Translations under genes and position numbers: made by a program
Source: a virus
Lineage: Duplodnaviria > Heunggongvirae > Uroviricota > Caudoviricetes
DNA length: 64,000 nucleotides
Strand: one strand, 5' to 3'
IMG/VR virus record: IMGVR_UViG_3300001765_000263
Location: 1-64,000 of that record
The notes under the pieces: model-generated
Databases searched by the model: none
Seen by the model: only the letters and a program-made list of their open reading frames with translations
What the model was told of the DNA's origin: nothing
Shown here: positions 36,847-46,184 of the stretch, one piece after another
How positions within the stretch are numbered: position 1 is the stretch's first letter
Layout: every line of letters starts with the position of its first letter

Positions 36847-38607
36847 ATGCCAAAAGAGTTTAATGCTGCACCATATTATGATGATTATGATGAAAGCAAA
36901 AATTATCACAAAATAATCTTCAACCCTAATGCGACATTGCAGTCGAGAGAATTAACACAACTGCAGTCTGTTATTCAAAATCAGGTGGAGCGTCTCTCGA
37001 ACTTTACCTTTGAAAATGGTGCAATGGTAATACCAGGAAATATATCCTACATCGGCAATTCGATATGTGTCAAGATTGATAAATTGTACAATGGATTATC
37101 CGTGGCAAACTATATTGGGACTATGACAGATAAAATTGTCGTAGGTAGTGACACCAATGTACGAGCAAAAATATATCATTCTGGTGTAGACTTGGATTCT
37201 GCTTATGTATTCATTTCATATATTTCTGGTGGTATTGACTCTTTTGGAACTCATCATGCAGAATTTGTTCAGGGAGAAACTTTAACATTACTAGACAAAA
37301 GCAATTCAATCAATGTGTCTAATGAAGAAGAGTTTTATTCTTATGGTTCTCTAGCTACAGTAAATGCGGGAGTTTATTATTTTAACGGATATTTTGTAGA
37401 GAACCAAAAACAAACTATTACAATAGACAGATACAGCACAGAACCATCTTGCCAAATTGGGTTTAATGTTGAAATTCAATCCGTATCATCAATTGATGAT
37501 GAATCACTGACAGATAACTCTTCCGGTTTCAACAATCCTGTTGCTATCGGTGCAGATAGAATGAAAATTGATCTTGTTTTAAGTAAGCACGATTACTTTT
37601 CTACATTAACAAACATCAAATTTATATCACTTCTTAGAGTCAAAGATGGAACAATTCAGTCTATTGTTAATAAGACACAATTGAGTAGAATGGGAGACTT
37701 GTTAGCAAAGAGAACATATGAAGAATCTGGAGATTACTTAGTAAAACCATTTAAATATGAACTGTTTGATTATAGAGATAATAGACGTGGTGAATGGGTA
37801 GGGAAAACTGCATATCTTGCTGGAGACATTTGTCAAATTGAAGCTAACGGAAATGTGCTAACCTTAATGGCATTGTCTGACGGCATATCTTCCTCAGTAA
37901 AACCAAAAGAATCAATCGGAATAATAAAAGACGGAAGTTTAAGATGGGTGGTAACATCAAAACCATATTATAACAAAGGATATGCATCACCATCGAATAC
38001 AGACACCCTAGAACAACATATGGAAAATGCAGACCTCGGTGTTTTAAAAATATCTGGTGGTCAAGCATATCTTCGTGGCAAGGATGTTGATTTAAGAAGT
38101 GGATTTAAAACTGTGGTTTTTACAAAAGCGCGGGATTCTAAAAAAATGGATCCATTTTATGTTGAATCTCCTGTTGGTCAATATTTGTTGGTAACAAAAG
38201 TAATAGGATTGCCTGTCATAACTACTGTAGATGAAACCAACTATGCGCTTAAGACACATAATATATTAGATCAAGGTGGTGGAGTTATTGGGTCATGCAA
38301 AGTAAGAAATTTTGAGTTCCATGCATCAAGCAAATACATTTTTGACAACAACACTTTTAGTGTATATAAAATCCATGTGTTTGATATACTATTTCTTAAT
38401 GGAAAAAGTCTAGGGAATGATGCTGCCTATATAGGTTCTAAAGATGGAACTTTTTTGGCAATGATAACAGGTGATTTATTACAACTGCCTGGGTTTATAA
38501 ATAGGTCGACAAATATTGGTAACGATAATATCTTTGCTGGCACAGGGAATGTTCTGAACAATCATCTTAAGGTAAGAGATAAAATTTATGTTAAAGAGAA
38601 TGTGTAA
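36847..38607 (+). CDS. paralogue of the giant fibre protein's N-terminal about 590 aa, carrying the same N-terminal anchor module (APYYDDYDESKNYHKIIF...RELTQLQS)
   Basis: ATG at 36847 with GAGGT upstream (the track's 36826 start is a TTG). Similarity to the 30456 product is collinear over hundreds of residues (GVYYFNGYFVENQKQTI..., ESGDYLVKPF..., RRGEWVGKTAYLAGDI). Confidence 0.55.
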   Translation: MPKEFNAAPYYDDYDESKNYHKIIFNPNATLQSRELTQLQSVIQNQVERLSNFTFENGAMVIPGNISYIGNSICVKIDKLYNGLSVANYIGTMTDKIVVGSDTNVRAKIYHSGVDLDSAYVFISYISGGIDSFGTHHAEFVQGETLTLLDKSNSINVSNEEEFYSYGSLATVNAGVYYFNGYFVENQKQTITIDRYSTEPSCQIGFNVEIQSVSSIDDESLTDNSSGFNNPVAIGADRMKIDLVLSKHDYFSTLTNIKFISLLRVKDGTIQSIVNKTQLSRMGDLLAKRTYEESGDYLVKPFKYELFDYRDNRRGEWVGKTAYLAGDICQIEANGNVLTLMALSDGISSSVKPKESIGIIKDGSLRWVVTSKPYYNKGYASPSNTDTLEQHMENADLGVLKISGGQAYLRGKDVDLRSGFKTVVFTKARDSKKMDPFYVESPVGQYLLVTKVIGLPVITTVDETNYALKTHNILDQGGGVIGSCKVRNFEFHASSKYIFDNNTFSVYKIHVFDILFLNGKSLGNDAAYIGSKDGTFLAMITGDLLQLPGFINRSTNIGNDNIFAGTGNVLNNHLKVRDKIYVKENV

Positions 38608-40583
38608 TGGCTAATGTATTTAGAAAATATAAAGTAAGTGGGTTTGAAACATTTACAGAAAATTCAATGACTGTTGATCCTCTTATAGAAAACGGATACT
38701 TAGTACAGTGTGAGGTGTTTAAAGAAAAGCAGATTGCTACATTAGGAGATGGAGATTCTTTAGTTGCAAAATTGCAGCATGAGTATATTAAAAACACTCA
38801 TGATGAAGATGGAAAATCACAACTAGTGTATTATGTCAATAGAACATTTCAAGCTAGGGCAGATGGATATGGAACATTATCTATATCATTAAACACAGAA
38901 GGTGAAACTTTTCCAGCAGAAAATCCTGAATTATTTTTGGTTTCTCGTGTCGTAAATGATGGGGAATACGGGGTATATACTGCACCGGAACATATTGAAA
39001 ATGACGGGGTTGGGGTAAATTCAAATTCAAACGTGTATTTAAACAGTGACTTCACTAGGGCATATTTTGAAGGATTAAGTGGTGGGGACGAATATAGAGT
39101 TATCGCCACTGTTAAAAAAGAAGGTAGTGCAGTAAGAGAGAAAACAAAAACACTTAACACAAAAACCATCTTTATAAATAAACTTTCAAAGTGTAGTAAG
39201 ACTGAAATACAATTAGGTAAGGCAGACGTTGTTGCGTTACTGTCTGTAAAACAATCAAGTGGTGAAAAGTTTAATCCATCAAATCCAGACACATTTTTGC
39301 CGTATGTTGCTACAAGTGAGGTGGATGTCAGTGATGCATATAAACTAGACCCAAAGACAACCGAAAATTTTTATGGTAATAGTACCATAGTCTCTGTAAA
39401 AGATTTCACTCCTGCTGCACCACTAAAAATAACCTTTTTATATTATGAACACTCTGACGGTGATGTATATACAGTAAATTCGTATGATCATCTACTCAAT
39501 TTTATTCCAACATACTCAAACCTTTCTCTCGGATCATGTTTAGACTTTAGACCAAAAGCATCTAGTTTAAATATATATTATGAAGATGAGACAGGTGGGC
39601 AGACTGATAATGACGACGACCCAACTACACCAACAGAATCATCACAGAATAAAACTATATGGGCAATTGGCGGCGAACAAGGATGTCAATTAGGAGTTGG
39701 CAACCATTTGGTTGAACAAATTGAACAAATTGGACCAGATCTTGGCAATACGTGGTCACAAATATCTGTTGGATATCCACATGGTATGGCAATTAAACAA
39801 GATGGGTCGTTATGGGGATGGGAAACTAGAACTAGTGGTGGTGATGGTGCAATAGATTATTTTCCGTTAGGATTGCCATCAGTTACTATGCCAGAATGCA
39901 CAATATTTCAAATATTACAAGAAAATATTGATTGTAATTTGAAGACTGCTGACTACGATCCAACAATACAAGACTGGAATTGGAAGATGGTTGCTTGTGG
40001 ATATAACACTACAATTGCGGTCAAAACAGATGGTACATTATGGTCAGTTGGTCTTAATGATGTTGGGCAATTGGGGCAAGGTGATACAACAAATAGAATA
40101 GAATTCACCAGAATAGGAACAGAAACAAATTGGGATAAATGTTACATGGGGAATAAATCTGCTGCAGCAATCACTAAAGATGGAGATGTGTTTACTTGGG
40201 GAGAAAATACAAACTGTCAATTAGGGTTAGGGCATACAAATACTGTGTATGCTCCAGAACAAGTAGAGTTTGATGCTGATCCAGACCACAATGTCAAGAT
40301 TAAAGAAGTATCTATTTCTGTAAATGGACTATTTATGACTGCAGTTAGTCAAGCAGGTGGTATATATGGATGGGGGTATGACGAATTTGGGACTCTATTT
40401 CCACAGTGTGGTGGTGGAAGTGGGGAAAGTGGGGAAAGTGGTATAACTGCTATATGCACCCCATGTAGATTTGGTAAAAAATGCGATTGGGATAATATAT
40501 CGTCAGGAGACAATTTCATTGCAGCAATCAAGACAAATGGAACAATATGGACTTGGGGTGGAACTGGCGAAAATCCACCATGA
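38607..40583 (+). CDS. structural protein with a unique N-terminal half (about 330 aa) and a C-terminal RCC1-like beta-propeller region
   Basis: ATG overlaps the previous TAA. C-terminal blades include VACGYNTTIAVKTDGTLWSVGLNDVGQLGQGDTTNR... and VFTWGENTNCQLGLGHTNTVYAPEQV. Confidence 0.55.
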   Translation: MANVFRKYKVSGFETFTENSMTVDPLIENGYLVQCEVFKEKQIATLGDGDSLVAKLQHEYIKNTHDEDGKSQLVYYVNRTFQARADGYGTLSISLNTEGETFPAENPELFLVSRVVNDGEYGVYTAPEHIENDGVGVNSNSNVYLNSDFTRAYFEGLSGGDEYRVIATVKKEGSAVREKTKTLNTKTIFINKLSKCSKTEIQLGKADVVALLSVKQSSGEKFNPSNPDTFLPYVATSEVDVSDAYKLDPKTTENFYGNSTIVSVKDFTPAAPLKITFLYYEHSDGDVYTVNSYDHLLNFIPTYSNLSLGSCLDFRPKASSLNIYYEDETGGQTDNDDDPTTPTESSQNKTIWAIGGEQGCQLGVGNHLVEQIEQIGPDLGNTWSQISVGYPHGMAIKQDGSLWGWETRTSGGDGAIDYFPLGLPSVTMPECTIFQILQENIDCNLKTADYDPTIQDWNWKMVACGYNTTIAVKTDGTLWSVGLNDVGQLGQGDTTNRIEFTRIGTETNWDKCYMGNKSAAAITKDGDVFTWGENTNCQLGLGHTNTVYAPEQVEFDADPDHNVKIKEVSISVNGLFMTAVSQAGGIYGWGYDEFGTLFPQCGGGSGESGESGITAICTPCRFGKKCDWDNISSGDNFIAAIKTNGTIWTWGGTGENPP

Positions 40584-40598
40584 AACAAAGGAATATAA

Positions 40599-43500
40599 AT
40601 GGCTAACGAATGTTTAGGATGGGAACAGGACAATCTTCTTTTCGATACAGATGATGATGATTGGGGGCAAAGAGGTTGGCCACTCGATGAGTGGAAAGGT
40701 ATATCAGCAGGATATAGAAATATTCTCGCTATTAAAAAAGATGGAACATTATGGACATGCGGGGATATTGATGCATGGCAAATAACTGGAGACGGATATC
40801 CAGTAATGATAGATGAATCTACTGATTGGTCTTTTGTCGGTAGTTCTTATGATAACGAATGGGGGGAAATAGTTTTATATGGAATGAAAACCTTATCTAG
40901 TTCATCAGAACAAGAAGTATTGACAGACACAGATATAGAATTTAAAACAGACAATAACACCGACATTGTTAGGTTAGATACCTCTGACCCATCAACAACA
41001 AATATCGGTAGTTTTGTGTATGCAAAACATTTAGGGGACGCATCAGTTCCAGAACCATTGTCGTCTAAATTTCCAATTCAGATAGCATATGATTATTATT
41101 TACCAAGAAGAGATATTTTAGAAATAAATGACAAGGGTGGGTTTAGATTGGAGCAAGGAATATCTGGTGATACTCCTGCAACACCAATGACCAATGAAGA
41201 TTATACTCTTTTGGCAAAATTAGAACTTCGTCCTTACAATGCAAATGTTAAAAATAGCATTAGCATAAAAGAAGACCCAATTCGCAGATATACCATGCGT
41301 GATATTGGACATCTTGAAAAAAGACTTGAGAACACAGAATTGACAATATCATCAATTGCAGTTAATGATGTCACAGCATCAATCAAAACTCTCGATGAAA
41401 ATGGATTGAATAGATTTAAATGTGGGTTCTTAACTGATACTTTTACTGATCATGCGAAATCCAATGTTGCAGATCCATCATTTAAGGTCGCAATTGATTA
41501 TATGAAACAAGAATGCCGTCCTACATACTATGCAGACAATATTAAATTGATTGAAGCAGATAAGAACCTAAGAAAGAACAACTTCTACACAGTGTCTGGT
41601 GATCTAGTGACATTGCCATACATAGAGGTAGAATTCCTTGGGAATATGTACGGGTCAACACCTCAAAATATCACACCTCTAACAAATATTAGAAGAAAGA
41701 ACGGGACGCTCAATATTTGGCCAACCTCAGATTCATGGATGTCAACAGAGCAGACGGCAGACATTAATCAGATAAGTGATGGCAACTACACGTCAATGAA
41801 ACAGATTGTTGACAAATTGGATGTCACTGGAACTGTTTATGGTGCATGGACAGAAGTTGACAAAAACATCGAAGTAACTGGCAATACAACAAGAACCGAA
41901 ACTGTCGGATGGACAACCAACACAATAAACACACAAACTGGCGTAATAACGACTGATTTTATACGAGAAGGTGAAGAAACATATGCTGAAGAGATAGAGA
42001 CTGAAATTGGTAGAGTCAATCTTATGCAAACCTCTGCATGGGATGAACACATCAGATCAAGATCAATCGTGTTATATGCACAAGGGTTCTTACCACAACA
42101 TAATATGTTTGTGATTGTTGATAACTACGACCTATCTGAATTTGTTGAACCTGCTAGAAGTATTGCATACACATCGAAAACTGGAACATTTTTAAACTAT
42201 TTGAATTCATCGATAGATCATTCGAATCTCGAATATAGACAGTATGGAGATAATTCATACAATATTCTAGAACGTGGTGAAATAGTTATTGGACAAACAT
42301 CTAATGCTTCTGCGATATTATTGAATGATGAATATGGCAATTTAAAAGTTGTTAATGTCAAGGGTGATTTTTCCGTTGGGGAAATTGTTTTGGGAATGAC
42401 CTCTGGTGCATCAGTTGTTATTAGCGGGTTAAGTGATGATTCATTACAAACGAGTCAATCAGGAACATTTTATGGAATATTGAATCTTCCGTCAGATTCT
42501 AAACATAAAATTTATAGTGGCATTATGCCAATTGTGATAAGAGATAGTTTAATTGCAGAACAAGCAACCACATCAGGGTCAGCAACTTATGATGCACATG
42601 GTATATCAAATACTGCAAATACCACAATTATGTCAGTGAAAAATTTGGATGTTGGCAAGAGAAAGATTATTGAGACAAACACTACTGTCGAAAACTTTTC
42701 CACATCAACTGTCGTGTCCTCAGTGATTGATTGGGCGGCATTTATTGCTGCTAATATTCAAGCTGGAGATGGAGGTGGAGGTGGAGGTGGAGATCCACTA
42801 GCGCAATCATTCCAAATTCAATCAGACGCGGGTGGAGTGTTTATAACTCATATTGATTTATTTGTGTATAGTGTTAATCAAACAGAACCAGTGTTTTTGG
42901 AAATTAGAGAAATGTTCAACGGATTTCCATCAACAACAGTAGTTCCCATGAGTACTGTGTATAAAAATGTGGAAGATCTAACCCCATCTACGACTGAACT
43001 TATACCAACATCATTTGTATTTGAATCCCCAATATTCCTTAAGAGTGGCACTGAGTATTGTTTTGTCATTGGTTCCCCATATATGGGTGATCAAGGTGTT
43101 GAAGTGTGGGCATCTGTATTAGGTGATGTTGATATCTATGGCAACACTACAATAGACCAACCATCTTTTGGATCAATGTTTATATCTCAAAATGGTTCAA
43201 CATGGGATGCTGAACAATATAAAGATGTGTGTTTTATGATACATAAAGCACAATTTGATACTACCAACGTAGGTCAAGTGATGTTTGTCAATAATAAATT
43301 TGATTATGACAAGATGGATATTGATCCTATAAGGGTAAAAACCGGCATAAGTGAAGCAAGAGTATTACATAAAAATCATGGGTTTGTTGTAGGGGATGCA
43401 GTCACTATTAACGATCCAAACGATGAATTGGTTGGTAGTACGAGTTTTTCTGCTATTACAAAGACATTTAATATTACAAATACGACGTTAGATTCTTTTA

Positions 43501-44570
43501 TGATACCGATCAATGCTGCAAGCATGGATGTTTGGACTGGAAAGAGTTCTATATCTCTCTCCACCAACAAGAAGTTTGATGAATTGTATCTTGATGGTAG
43601 AGATTTTGTTTTACCAAATACTCAAGTCGAATACAGATTCAAGAAGACTACGTTAGCAAGAAAACTTGATACAATGTATTATCCAATTAATCTAAAACAA
43701 ACATATGCCCTTGACGATTCTGGATGGATTCTCTCTGAAGAGAATGAAGATCTTTTCTTAGATGGAGAAAAATCCTTCTATACAAAAGCACTGTTATATT
43801 CGTCACATCCTGATGTGTCGCCCGTAATTGATTTGTCAACATACTCCGTAAATTGCATAACAAACAGAATTGACAATATGTTGCCCGAATATAGTAATAG
43901 ACAAGTTGATGATGTTTTAATTCATGATGGCACAAATACATATGATTTTGAGGTTGTTGATGATGGACTTTATATCATAACCTGTGATGGTATTAATGAT
44001 AAATTTAAAGTTGGTGGTGTTATATATTTTACCGGTGGAGATGCCCCATGCTTAAACACTAACATTGACATGATAATTATTAATAAAACAGCAACAACCA
44101 TATTGGTTAAACCTGTCAATGATGTAGAGATTTTACAAGAAGAAGTAATACTAGATGCTGATATGGACATTCATCAGTATGATTTTTATGTGGATTCTGT
44201 TTCCCCAACATCACAGTCAAACGCAGCAAGTTATGTTCCATTAACATTTACAACAACAATACCTGCAAAAGGGTTTATCATGTTGTTTGATTATAACGTG
44301 CCAACATCTACATCTATTAGACTTTTCTATAAGACATCCCACACGTCGAAAATAGAAGATATAAATAAGAAGTCGTGGGTGGAATTTCCAGAAGAAAATG
44401 TTACTCCTTATATAAATTCATCTAATCCAACGCATTATATTGAAAAGCGCATTGATATTGATACAATCGATGACACTTTTGACACGTTATCAGTAAAGGT
44501 TGAATTTAGATCAGACATCACTACGAAAATTCCAAAAATCAAAAACTTTAGAATATTGACGGTGGTCTAA
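40599..44570 (+). CDS. mosaic fibre protein (1323 aa): a short N-terminal RCC1 segment, shared module B, a poly-Gly linker, then the DPLAQSF C-terminal module
   Basis: YLPRRDILEINDKGGFRLEQGISGDTPATP / RRYTMRDIG / ECRPTYYADNIKL / GDLVTLPYIEV match the 30456 product. GGGGGGGDPLAQSFQ...VFITHIDLFVY...FNGFPSTTVVPMSTV... and the C-terminal PKIKNFRILTVV match its C-terminal module. Confidence 0.6.
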   Translation: MANECLGWEQDNLLFDTDDDDWGQRGWPLDEWKGISAGYRNILAIKKDGTLWTCGDIDAWQITGDGYPVMIDESTDWSFVGSSYDNEWGEIVLYGMKTLSSSSEQEVLTDTDIEFKTDNNTDIVRLDTSDPSTTNIGSFVYAKHLGDASVPEPLSSKFPIQIAYDYYLPRRDILEINDKGGFRLEQGISGDTPATPMTNEDYTLLAKLELRPYNANVKNSISIKEDPIRRYTMRDIGHLEKRLENTELTISSIAVNDVTASIKTLDENGLNRFKCGFLTDTFTDHAKSNVADPSFKVAIDYMKQECRPTYYADNIKLIEADKNLRKNNFYTVSGDLVTLPYIEVEFLGNMYGSTPQNITPLTNIRRKNGTLNIWPTSDSWMSTEQTADINQISDGNYTSMKQIVDKLDVTGTVYGAWTEVDKNIEVTGNTTRTETVGWTTNTINTQTGVITTDFIREGEETYAEEIETEIGRVNLMQTSAWDEHIRSRSIVLYAQGFLPQHNMFVIVDNYDLSEFVEPARSIAYTSKTGTFLNYLNSSIDHSNLEYRQYGDNSYNILERGEIVIGQTSNASAILLNDEYGNLKVVNVKGDFSVGEIVLGMTSGASVVISGLSDDSLQTSQSGTFYGILNLPSDSKHKIYSGIMPIVIRDSLIAEQATTSGSATYDAHGISNTANTTIMSVKNLDVGKRKIIETNTTVENFSTSTVVSSVIDWAAFIAANIQAGDGGGGGGGDPLAQSFQIQSDAGGVFITHIDLFVYSVNQTEPVFLEIREMFNGFPSTTVVPMSTVYKNVEDLTPSTTELIPTSFVFESPIFLKSGTEYCFVIGSPYMGDQGVEVWASVLGDVDIYGNTTIDQPSFGSMFISQNGSTWDAEQYKDVCFMIHKAQFDTTNVGQVMFVNNKFDYDKMDIDPIRVKTGISEARVLHKNHGFVVGDAVTINDPNDELVGSTSFSAITKTFNITNTTLDSFMIPINAASMDVWTGKSSISLSTNKKFDELYLDGRDFVLPNTQVEYRFKKTTLARKLDTMYYPINLKQTYALDDSGWILSEENEDLFLDGEKSFYTKALLYSSHPDVSPVIDLSTYSVNCITNRIDNMLPEYSNRQVDDVLIHDGTNTYDFEVVDDGLYIITCDGINDKFKVGGVIYFTGGDAPCLNTNIDMIIINKTATTILVKPVNDVEILQEEVILDADMDIHQYDFYVDSVSPTSQSNAASYVPLTFTTTIPAKGFIMLFDYNVPTSTSIRLFYKTSHTSKIEDINKKSWVEFPEENVTPYINSSNPTHYIEKRIDIDTIDDTFDTLSVKVEFRSDITTKIPKIKNFRILTVV

Positions 44571-44761
44571 TGGATAAATTATCAAAGCGAAATGGGGTTG
44601 TTATAAACAATGATACTGCAGCATATGACAGGTATATGACAGAGAGGAACAAACTGAAAGCAGCAAATAATGAGATGAATATCTTAAAAACCAGAATAAC
44701 CAAACTGGAATCTGAAATGGAGGATGTTAAGGTTATCCTTAAACGATTGATAGAAAGATAA
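44570..44761 (+). CDS. small coiled-coil protein (63 aa) directly upstream of the radical-SAM gene
   Basis: ATG overlaps the upstream stop. Heptad-like sequence ...NNEMNILKTRITKLESEMEDVKVILKRLIER. No Cys. Confidence 0.4.
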   Translation: MDKLSKRNGVVINNDTAAYDRYMTERNKLKAANNEMNILKTRITKLESEMEDVKVILKRLIER

Positions 44762-44765
44762 TATA

Positions 44766-46145
44766 ATGACTAAATTTTTTGTGCATGGTGAAAGTTGGGA
44801 TAACGGTGATAAAAAGGTGTTTGTGTATGATAACGAATATTCTACTATCACATATAACGGCGAAAAGATAGATGTTTCAGAGTTTGAAGAACTATATAAA
44901 ACTGACAGGCAATATAACAAAGCGAGACAATTTTCGGCAGATATGCCAATTGGAAAAACCAAAGATGTAAGTGTATTAAAAATCCAACTTGGTCTCAAAT
45001 GCAACTATACATGTGATTATTGTAATCAGGCAGCACATATAGAGGGTTCCATAGACTTTACTCCAAAGGACATTGAGAAGTTTATGGAGACAGTGAAATC
45101 TTTGAATATGCAAGGGGTAACGAGGATTGAGTTCTGGGGTGGCGAACCATTCGTGTATTGGAAGACGATGAAAGAACTCACTAAGAAAATACGCAAGATA
45201 AACAAAACTGCTCAATTTTCTGTCATCACCAATGGGTCGATATTGTCAGACGAAATCATAGATTTTCTTGACAAATATGATTTTAGTGTGTCCATATCCC
45301 ACGATGGAAAGAATCAGGCAGTCAGAGGTCTAGATCCTCTTACTGATCCAGTCAAGAAAAATCTCATTTTGAAACTGTTCGCTCGTCTGCATCAAAAACG
45401 CAGGATCAGTTTTAACTCTGTATTGAATTCAAAAAATAGAAGCAGAACAGAGTTGGTCGATTTTTTTAAAAATGTTACAGGGGCAAAGGATGTTGTTGTA
45501 GGAGAAGGAACCTTTATCGATGCCTATACCGATAGCAGTCTGGAATTGATGTTATACGACTATCAGGACTTGATGAATTACAGGAAGGCAACATTTTCAG
45601 AAATGAAGAAACTCAGTCGAGAAAGTGTGCCAATGTTCGACATGAAAATTGGTGGGTTTATAAGTTCAATCGTAAACGGCATACCATGGAACACTATTAC
45701 ACAAAAATGTGGTATGGATTCACCAGAGACATTGGCAATCGACATGGAAGGTAACGTTTTAAGTTGTCAAAATGTAAGTGCTAACATGAAATCCTTCAAT
45801 GGCAAATCACATAATTTAGGAAATGTCAAGGATATTGATAGTGTCAAATTGAACACTGGAACACATTGGTCATTTCGTGATAGTTGCAGCAAATGTCCCG
45901 TATTGCACTTGTGCAGAGGATCATGTTTTATGTTAGAGGGGAAGTATTGGGATGCGTCTTGTGATAATGCATATAATGACAATGTTGTGTTTTTCATGTA
46001 TGCATTTGAGATTTTAACTGGTTATATACCCTACTGGATAGACGGTCCTATGGATATGCCAGAGTGGAGAAAAGACGTTTTGGGTATGGAATACCCAGAT
46101 TTAACTCGAACTAGACATAAAATAATACCAATTAAGGAAATCTAA
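44766..46145 (+). CDS. radical SAM enzyme with a C-terminal SPASM domain (anSME / peptide-maturase-like)
   Basis: CNYTCDYCN gives the CxxxCxxC triad. GGEPF is the glycine-rich SAM motif. Also TNG and ISHDG. Auxiliary-cluster cysteines are QKCG...GNVLSC and then CSKCPVLHLCRGSC (Cx2Cx5Cx3C), plus a trailing ...ASCDN. An N-terminal extension of about 85 aa precedes the core. Confidence 0.8.
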   Translation: MTKFFVHGESWDNGDKKVFVYDNEYSTITYNGEKIDVSEFEELYKTDRQYNKARQFSADMPIGKTKDVSVLKIQLGLKCNYTCDYCNQAAHIEGSIDFTPKDIEKFMETVKSLNMQGVTRIEFWGGEPFVYWKTMKELTKKIRKINKTAQFSVITNGSILSDEIIDFLDKYDFSVSISHDGKNQAVRGLDPLTDPVKKNLILKLFARLHQKRRISFNSVLNSKNRSRTELVDFFKNVTGAKDVVVGEGTFIDAYTDSSLELMLYDYQDLMNYRKATFSEMKKLSRESVPMFDMKIGGFISSIVNGIPWNTITQKCGMDSPETLAIDMEGNVLSCQNVSANMKSFNGKSHNLGNVKDIDSVKLNTGTHWSFRDSCSKCPVLHLCRGSCFMLEGKYWDASCDNAYNDNVVFFMYAFEILTGYIPYWIDGPMDMPEWRKDVLGMEYPDLTRTRHKIIPIKEI

Positions 46146-46148
46146 TAC

Positions 46149-46156
46149 TATAAATA
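46149..46156 (+). promoter_or_regulatory. T4-type late-promoter-like box, TATAAATA
   Basis: Exact TATAAATA 29 nt upstream of the ATG at 46185, in a 39-bp intergenic gap. Confidence 0.35.
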
Positions 46157-46184
46157 TTAGATAATCACTAGTCAGAGGCGAACC

